This document shows positions 57,768-64,000 of a stretch of DNA of 64,000 bases, piece by piece. Position 1 is the first letter of the stretch, and the number at the start of each line of letters is the position of its first letter. Source of the stretch: an uncultured bacterium. Lineage in GTDB: Bacteria; Patescibacteriota; JAHJAL01. A program made the position numbers and the translations under genes. The DNA lies in the NCBI GenBank assembly GCA_938004065.1, contig CALKWM010000020.1, positions 1,813-65,812 on the forward strand, in the 5' to 3' direction. The notes beneath the pieces were generated by a model. That model saw nothing but the letters and a program-made list of their open reading frames with translations. It was not told where the DNA came from and did not search any database.

Positions 57768-58043
57768 ATGTATTATACATATGTGCTTATAAGTAAAGGT
57801 GATGGTAGATTGTATATTGGTAGTACTTCAAATTTAAAAAGACGTTTTGAGGAACATAATAAAGGTTTAAATAAATCTACTAAAAATAGAAGGCCTTTTA
57901 AATTGATTTACTATGAGGCCTATATTTTAAAAAAAGATGCAACTAAGGCGGAAATGTTCTTTAAAAGTGGTTATGGAAGAGAAGTATTAAAAGGTAAGCT
58001 TAGTTATTTTTACCAATCTATGGAGGGTTGGCTGAGTGGTTGA
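57768..58043 (+). CDS. GIY-YIG nuclease
   Basis: YYTYVL...LYIGST.NLKRR.EEHN.G...YYEAY...E; 3' end overlaps the tRNA. Confidence 0.92.
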   Translation: MYYTYVLISKGDGRLYIGSTSNLKRRFEEHNKGLNKSTKNRRPFKLIYYEAYILKKDATKAEMFFKSGYGREVLKGKLSYFYQSMEGWLSG

Positions 58044-58110
58044 AAGCAGCGGCTTGCTAAGCCGTACTAGGGATTTTTCCTTAGCGGAGGTTCAAATCCT
58101 CCACCCTCCG
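58022..58110 (+). tRNA. tRNA-Ser(GCT)
   Basis: GCGGC-TTGCTAA-GCCGT anticodon arm, long variable arm, GGTTCAAATCC T arm. Confidence 0.95.
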
Positions 58111-58183
58111 TTTTGCAAGCGATAAGCAATAAGCTTTGGGCGGTAAGTTTACAAAGATCAATTTATTTTGGTTTTTTTTGAAA

Positions 58184-58225
58184 AAGTGGTTGCCTCTTCG
58201 GCGACCTGCCGATGAGGCAGGTTGA
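58184..58225. repeat. Second copy of the ~32-bp double-hairpin element
   Basis: AAGTGGT-YGCCTCTTCGGCGACCTGCCGATGAGGCAGG-TTGA, as at 57709-57750. Confidence 0.85.
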
Positions 58226-58260
58226 TTATGAAAACACACTTATAAAGTGTGTTTTTGCTA

Positions 58261-58288
58261 TTGACTTGTGTATTAGTAGAGCTATAAT
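58261..58288 (+). promoter_or_regulatory. Sigma70-type promoter
   Basis: TTGACT-16 bp-TATAAT. Confidence 0.55.
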
Positions 58289-58394
58289 TGCGGTGGTTCT
58301 TTAAAATGTTGTTTTAAGATATTACGAATAGGAGGGATTATCAATAGATACTGGAGAATATGGTATCGAATTCTCCAAAGAAGACTTTGAATGG

Positions 58395-58898
58395 ATGTTT
58401 GAATTTTACGATAAAAATCGTAAAGACTTGTTTATGGGAGTAAAGAAAAAATCGTTTCAAAAGGTCGAAAATATTCATATTGAAACGGTTGCAAGAGATC
58501 TAAAGGACTTGATAAGTAGATATTTTTGCTACTTATACAATGATTATTGCTGGAGAGACGAAAATATTAGATTTAAGGATGGCATGGATAGAGCCATTCA
58601 GATATTAGAGGAGGCAAAAAAATTCATTTTGGCCTTTTTTCCAGAGGCGCTCATCAAAGGTGGATTTTGTGGTTATTTTTACACCTCAGGTGGGCCAACT
58701 GCTGTAAATGGCTGGGGAGATTGTTCATATGATGTTATAAAAATAAAACGAGCTCTTCATATGATTGATGATGCTATAGTAGAGATCAAATGCGGTTATG
58801 TGCATATCGGTGAAGGTGATTTTTACGATAAAACCTCTTTAGAATACAGGTTAAGCAGTTCGTTGGATCCACAGGGCTTAAGATTCTCACTATTTTAA
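58395..58898 (+). CDS. Hypothetical protein
   Basis: ORF downstream of the promoter; start uncertain. Confidence 0.55.
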   Translation: MFEFYDKNRKDLFMGVKKKSFQKVENIHIETVARDLKDLISRYFCYLYNDYCWRDENIRFKDGMDRAIQILEEAKKFILAFFPEALIKGGFCGYFYTSGGPTAVNGWGDCSYDVIKIKRALHMIDDAIVEIKCGYVHIGEGDFYDKTSLEYRLSSSLDPQGLRFSLF

Positions 58899-59151
58899 AA
58901 ACAAGTTTATAGCTTGGTTAACATAGATTAATCAATCTTTCTTTATATCCAATTTCTTAGTAATAAATCTATTTGAGAAGTTCTAATTTCATTACTCCTT
59001 GTTTATATGGGGAGTTATAATTAGAGATAATGTTTATTTAGATGTTGATGAAAATATAATATTTGTAAATACTCTTGTAAATAGTGTTATAATGCGATAT
59101 TGTATTGTAGTAAATTAAAAAACAATCAGATATGAGGGGAGATGAGATGAA

Positions 59152-59667
59152 GTGGATTTTAGTGTTAGAAGTTTGACGGAAAAATTGATTGGAGATTATG
59201 AGATATATTACAAGTTAGAGAAAAAAATACCATTCGGTTCCAAATTTTTACGTCGAGCAGGATCGGAAAATTCTCGTTTGGTTTCATGTTTTCCGGAATT
59301 AATGCAGAAAGCAATGAAGTTGGATTATCGACCGAGAAGGTTTACATTTTATTCAGCAGTTGAAGCTATATGGGAGAAAAAAATGGTACGTAGAAATCAA
59401 AAGGATTTGTTTCTTGTGGCATTAATGGAATTGAGGAAGACGTGGCGGATATGGGCTCCATTGAGGGAAGAAGATCGAATGATGTATGAGAGGTCGGTAA
59501 GAGATTTTGATAATTGGCTGGATATGGAGAAAAAGAAACAGGTTCTGGATGAAAATATTGAGAAAAATAGAGAATGTGTGGATATTGACAGAGTGGTAAA
59601 AATGGGAAGTGTTAAATATAGAGTTAAGGGGTCTTTTCAAATAGACTTGATAATATCGATATTGTAA
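59152..59667 (+). CDS. Hypothetical protein
   Basis: 171-aa ORF. Confidence 0.55.
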   Translation: MDFSVRSLTEKLIGDYEIYYKLEKKIPFGSKFLRRAGSENSRLVSCFPELMQKAMKLDYRPRRFTFYSAVEAIWEKKMVRRNQKDLFLVALMELRKTWRIWAPLREEDRMMYERSVRDFDNWLDMEKKKQVLDENIEKNRECVDIDRVVKMGSVKYRVKGSFQIDLIISIL

Positions 59668-59893
59668 ATAAATAAATTTTTAAATGTTATAGAATTTAAG
59701 GTTAGTTGATGAAAATTGACTAACTATTTTTTATGCTCTATTTTCAAGTGGTATTTTTGCTATGTTGATTCTAATAGGATTTTCTACCACCCTCCGTTTT
59801 TGTAAGTAGTAAGTAATAAGTAATAAGTAAAACACGTTTATGATGCGTGTTTTTGTGATATGATGTGAGTATGAAATTTAACAAATTGAGGAG

Positions 59894-60247
59894 GTGAATG
59901 GGGTGTTAGAAGGTCAGTTCTATGCTGAGGTTTTTGCTCTGAGATCTTTGGATACTTATATTCAATATAGGGATATAATCCAAAAAGATTTTCAAAAAAT
60001 GGGTGAACTCTTAGTCGATGCCGAGGGGTGGTTCAAGTGTCCGGATGATCAAGAATTGAGCTTATATTATGATTCTGATTTAAATGATATAGATCAGATT
60101 ATGAAGAGGATAAGTGTGGTTAAACATTTGGCAATATGTATGCGTTGTCAAATGTTGATGTTATGGAAAGAATGGAAAGGAAAGGTAAGTCAAAAAGATT
60201 TTTTTGATCTCGCGGATAAATTGAAGGAAGAGGGTTATCTGGATTAA
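59894..60247 (+). CDS. Hypothetical protein
   Basis: 117-aa ORF followed by a terminator-like hairpin. Confidence 0.55.
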   Translation: MNGVLEGQFYAEVFALRSLDTYIQYRDIIQKDFQKMGELLVDAEGWFKCPDDQELSLYYDSDLNDIDQIMKRISVVKHLAICMRCQMLMLWKEWKGKVSQKDFFDLADKLKEEGYLD

Positions 60248-60376
60248 AAAATGATGAATCAAAAAGACCGAGTAAATCGGTTTTTTGTAAATTTGATAAG
60301 GAAAGAAAATAGTAAAGCTAGCCGATTTGTGGCTAGCTTAATTATTAAATAATAAGGAAATATTTGATTGAAATTA

Positions 60377-61156
60377 TCATAATTCTGACCAGGTTTTAGT
60401 GGTGACTTTTCCATTAGTAAAAAAGACAGAACAGGATTGTATTGGAAATCCTGTTTGGTAATGCCAATATTCTGATTTACCGTAGTTTGCTATTTCTGTT
60501 TCACTGATTGATTCAGGTTCGCCAAGTATAGACTTTACTTGAGTTGTTGTCATATCTGCTTGGATTTCATTACATTTGTCTTTTGTAATTTTATTTTCTG
60601 ATACTTCAAATGTTTTTTCGGAGGATGAATTATTGTCAGTGTTGAGAGAATCGGCGAAGTCGTTGATTTCATCATTTTTGGCATTGAGATCGTCGATGAG
60701 GAGATTGTATTCTTCAACCGCGGTGTTAAATTTGGGGGTATCGGCGTAGTTGGTAACCATTTCTTTGGCTTTGGCGGTCAGCTTGTCGCATATTTCCAGG
60801 TATTCTTTGATGAGTGAGTTTAAGTCATTTGACTTGGAGGAAGTTTTGGCAAAATCTTTTAATATTTCTACTTTTTTATCAAATTCAACGCGAGCGCTAT
60901 CGATTTTGTCGGCACTTTCGTCAGCGGTAATGGTGTTGGTCAAATGTTCCAATACAAATACTATGTCATTGCGCAAATCGACTGTTTGGTTATTGTATTC
61001 AACAATATCTTGTTTGGTCTGAGTTTTTTCTTGTTCGATTTGAACTTGATTGTTGATTGCTTTGTAAGAATAATATCCGCCGACTAATAGCAAGATGACA
61101 ATTACACTGCAACAGCCGATAGCTACGCCGATAATGATTTTTTTAGAGTTGCTCAT
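60377..61156 (-). CDS. Membrane-anchored protein with coiled region and C-terminal BamE/DUF3862-like domain
   Basis: N-terminal TM; IQADMTTTQVKSILGEP...WHY...VFFTNGKV. Confidence 0.75.
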   Translation of the reverse strand: MSNSKKIIIGVAIGCCSVIVILLLVGGYYSYKAINNQVQIEQEKTQTKQDIVEYNNQTVDLRNDIVFVLEHLTNTITADESADKIDSARVEFDKKVEILKDFAKTSSKSNDLNSLIKEYLEICDKLTAKAKEMVTNYADTPKFNTAVEEYNLLIDDLNAKNDEINDFADSLNTDNNSSSEKTFEVSENKITKDKCNEIQADMTTTQVKSILGEPESISETEIANYGKSEYWHYQTGFPIQSCSVFFTNGKVTTKTWSEL

Positions 61157-61271
61157 TTGGTTTGAGGTTAGAGATAAATAAATATTTGATATGTTTTAAG
61201 TATAATATTATTTTTATTTATTTTATAATTATCTTGAAGCAGGTGTTTTATTTATTTTAATTAATACAAGT

Positions 61272-61730
61272 ATGAAAACCAAAGTTATGGGTTTGATGAT
61301 GGTTTTAAGTCTGACGTTGGTGGGTTGTACACCACCAAAGGTGGATGATACAAAAACAACTGATATGCCAAAGGAAGAGACGACTAAAATTGCCAATCCG
61401 GCGAGTGAAAACTGTGATGCAGTCGGTGGGGATTTAAAAATGGCGGATGTGTTGATCGATGGTGAAAAGTTTGGGCAATACGGTGTTTGTGAATTTGATG
61501 ATGGTAGGTTGTGTGAAGAATGGGCGTTGTTCAATGGTGATTGCCCGGTGGGTGGAGTAAAAGTAACCGGTTACGTATCGGAAGCGGGAAAGTTTTGTGC
61601 AATTACCGGTGGTGAGTATGCAGCAACCGGACAATTAGGGGAGACATTTGAACAGGGTACATGTACCGGAAAGACGGGAGTTGTCTGTGAAGTTTGGGAT
61701 TATTATCGGGGAGTTTGCAGTATCAGATAG
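61272..61730 (+). CDS. DUF333 lipoprotein
   Basis: Lipobox LVGC; IANPASENC...GVCEF.DG..CEEWALF. Confidence 0.88.
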   Translation: MKTKVMGLMMVLSLTLVGCTPPKVDDTKTTDMPKEETTKIANPASENCDAVGGDLKMADVLIDGEKFGQYGVCEFDDGRLCEEWALFNGDCPVGGVKVTGYVSEAGKFCAITGGEYAATGQLGETFEQGTCTGKTGVVCEVWDYYRGVCSIR

Positions 61731-61858
61731 AAAAGTGACGATAAAACATAAAAGACATTGTCTGTTGACGATGTCTTTTTTAAAATCATCACGCCAGAAT
61801 TTAAAAAAATTTGTATAATAGGTTTGTAACCGTTTATTTCGTTAATGGTGAAAATATT

Positions 61859-62287
61859 ATGGAAAAACCGATAAATGTGCTGGGAAGATTGGTGATAATT
61901 GATCAAGGAAATCTTTTGGTAGTCAAAAAAGCGGATTGGACATTTTTGCCGGGCGGGCATGTGGAGTATAACGAAGGTGTGAAAGACACGATTTTACGGG
62001 AATGTGTGGAGGAATTTGGTGGAAATGTGGAGGTGGGTGAGTTGATGGGGGTGTTGGAACATAGTTTTGAAGACAAAAATGGGCCTTATCACGAGATTAA
62101 TTTTGTTTTTGCCGGAAAATTGTTGGATATGAATTATCCTCAGGTACCAAAATCTCTGGAAGATGATTTGGAAGTAATCTGGATACCGCTTGATAAACTG
62201 GAGGAAAAAAATCTTTTGCCGAAGGAAATTTGGCCGATGATTAAAGGTGAATTTGGTGGAAAATGGATGAGTACGATGGAAAAGTAG
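61859..62287 (+). CDS. NUDIX hydrolase
   Basis: LPGGHVEYNEGVKDTILRECVEEFG. Confidence 0.9.
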   Translation: MEKPINVLGRLVIIDQGNLLVVKKADWTFLPGGHVEYNEGVKDTILRECVEEFGGNVEVGELMGVLEHSFEDKNGPYHEINFVFAGKLLDMNYPQVPKSLEDDLEVIWIPLDKLEEKNLLPKEIWPMIKGEFGGKWMSTMEK

Positions 62288-62301
62288 TATAATTTTTTTC
62301 T

Positions 62302-62414
62302 TTGTACTTTTTGATGCCAAAAAGTACCAAAAAGCACTGGGGGTCATAATTGCGGGTATCAAAAATTAAAGGTTATTTTGCGCTGTATAGCCGCAAGTAT
62401 GTCCCCCAGACCCC
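62302..62414. repeat. Structured intergenic element, copy 2
   Basis: Homologous to 55618-55736. Confidence 0.75.
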
Positions 62415-62509
62415 AAGATAACCATGTTATGACTTGTGTTGCTAGCTTGTAGTAAAAAATATTAGTTTTTAGATTTATTTCAATAGAAATATAGTTTTAA
62501 GGAGGATTT

Positions 62510-63202
62510 ATGAAGTATGAAATTTTGCATCAACCGTCTTATGCGGTGGCCAAGTTGATGTTGGACAAAGATGAAAGTGTGCAAGCCGAGAGTGGAGCAA
62601 TGGTTTCGATGAGTGATAATATCGAAGTGGAGACCGGTTTACAGTCCGGTGGTATCTGGGGAGCATTGAAAAGAACAGTATTGGGTGGGGAAAGTTTTTT
62701 TGTAAACACGTTTACTGCGGAGGATCGCGAGGGGGAGTTGATATTGGCGCCGGTTTTGTCAGGTGATGTATTTATCCAAGAATTGACTGACAAGGCGATG
62801 CTGGTCCAATCAGGATCATATCTGGCCGGATCGAAAACTTTGGAAGTGGATACCAAATGGGGCGGAGCGAAAACATTTTTTTCCGGTGAAGGATTGTTTA
62901 TGTTGCGAGTTTCCGGTAGTGGGGTTTTGATGATGTCAAGTTACGGAGCTATTCATGAAGTTGATTTGGTGGAGGGGCAAAAATATGTAATTGACACCGG
63001 ACACGTGGTGGCGTTTGATGAAGATGTAAAATATGAAGTAAAAAAAGTTGGTAACTGGAAATCAACATTTCTTTCCGGTGAAGGATTGGTGGTGGAATTA
63101 ACCGGTCCCGGGAAGGTTTTGTTGCAGACCAGGAGCTTTGAGTCGTTTTTAAATTATTTGATTCCCAAATTACCAAGGAATGATAGTGGGGGAAGAGAAT
63201 AG
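62510..63202 (+). CDS. TIGR00266/AIM24 family protein
   Basis: AESGAMVSM, GGESFFVN, FSGEGLF, IDTGHVVAF, GPGKVLLQTR. Confidence 0.93.
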   Translation: MKYEILHQPSYAVAKLMLDKDESVQAESGAMVSMSDNIEVETGLQSGGIWGALKRTVLGGESFFVNTFTAEDREGELILAPVLSGDVFIQELTDKAMLVQSGSYLAGSKTLEVDTKWGGAKTFFSGEGLFMLRVSGSGVLMMSSYGAIHEVDLVEGQKYVIDTGHVVAFDEDVKYEVKKVGNWKSTFLSGEGLVVELTGPGKVLLQTRSFESFLNYLIPKLPRNDSGGRE

Positions 63203-63253
63203 CAAGCAGTAAGCAATATGCAATAAGCAATGAACAATAAGCAATAAACAAAT

Positions 63254-64000
63254 ATGGATATTAAATTTTATTTAAAAGAATACAGTTGGCTGGTTATTCT
63301 TGTGGCTATCGGGTTGGGATTATGGTTGCCGAATACCGGTTTGGTCATTAAACCATATGTATCATATTTGTTGATGGGATTGATGTTTTTGTCGTGTGTA
63401 AATATTGATTTTTCTCGAAGCTGGAAGCATTTGAAAAAAATTCGAAAAGTGATATTTTCAATGTTTGTAATTTTCTTGTTGTCTGGTATTTTGGTGTATT
63501 TTTTTCGAGGTAATTTTAGTGATGATGTTTATTTGGGTTTGATTTTAACGACATCGATGCCGGCCGGTATAAGTGTAATATTTCTGTCAAAATTGTATGG
63601 TGGTAGTACCGCTAAGTCTTTGGTAATTAGTGTTTTGGCAAATATTCTTAGTCCGGTGTTGGTTCCCGTGATAGTTTTGTGGTTGGCGCAAACACAGATC
63701 GAAGTTAATGTCTGGCAGATGTTTTTGACAATTAGCAAGCTAGTTTTGTTTCCGATTGTTTTGGCTAGAATTGTTGGGATGACAGGATTTAGAAAAATAG
63801 TGGAAAGTGAAGGGACATATATTTCCATTATTCTATTGTTTGGTTTGATATGGGGTGTGGTGGCTCCTGTTGGTCCGGTTTTGTCTGAAACCAATAATTT
63901 ACTGTTGTTGGTTTTGATGGTTATACTGCTGGTTCTTTTAAATATTGTGATTGGATTGTGGTTGGGTAGTGATTGGAAAGCCAAAAAAACTTATGCGATT
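63254..64000 (+). CDS. Bile acid:sodium symporter family transporter (truncated by window edge)
   Basis: Manual translation MDIKFYLKEYSWLVILVAIGLGLWLP...YLLMGLMFLS...GLILTTSMPAG; multi-TM. Confidence 0.8.
   Translation, partial: MDIKFYLKEYSWLVILVAIGLGLWLPNTGLVIKPYVSYLLMGLMFLSCVNIDFSRSWKHLKKIRKVIFSMFVIFLLSGILVYFFRGNFSDDVYLGLILTTSMPAGISVIFLSKLYGGSTAKSLVISVLANILSPVLVPVIVLWLAQTQIEVNVWQMFLTISKLVLFPIVLARIVGMTGFRKIVESEGTYISIILLFGLIWGVVAPVGPVLSETNNLLLLVLMVILLVLLNIVIGLWLGSDWKAKKTYAI

Noticed and set aside
63529-63984. 151-aa minus-strand ORF
   Set aside because: Antisense to the symporter gene starting at 63254

Overview
AT-rich bacterial window whose gene content and repeat style are consistent with a Patescibacteria (CPR) genome; this is an inference, as no marker genes are present. 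(1) 1-20466 is an integron-like platform. A short tyrosine recombinase (19654-20466, +) lacking the IntI-specific I2 insertion sits divergently from an attI-like junction (~19544). At least 11 minus-strand cassettes follow, separated by 10 non-canonical, branched attC-like hairpins. Cargo: D-Ala-D-Ala ligase, a BglII-like RM pair, a kinase/phosphatase pair, an HD protein, an 8.1-kb helicase/Type IIG RM cassette, a 5.2-kb four-gene RM/GmrSD cassette, a small membrane protein and four gene-less units. Every complete gene cassette has its own terminal inverted repeats, most with a fixed mismatch bubble, and the gene-less units share one fold architecture. This is the best candidate for an undescribed system. 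(2) 20.5-33.7 kb holds ordinary accessory/housekeeping genes and tRNA-Ser(TGA). (3) 33781-51881 is an ~18-kb serine-recombinase island with SNF2 helicase/DUF4391/Type III RM, an inserted AlbA_2(Schlafen)-like gene, a Rep/SpoVG module and a Panacea-RelE pair; excision is predicted to swap the recombinase C-terminus. (4) 52-64 kb holds metabolic/hypothetical genes and a tRNA-Ser(GCT) locus with a GIY-YIG gene, tRNA fragments and small structured repeats. All calls are by eye, without database searches.
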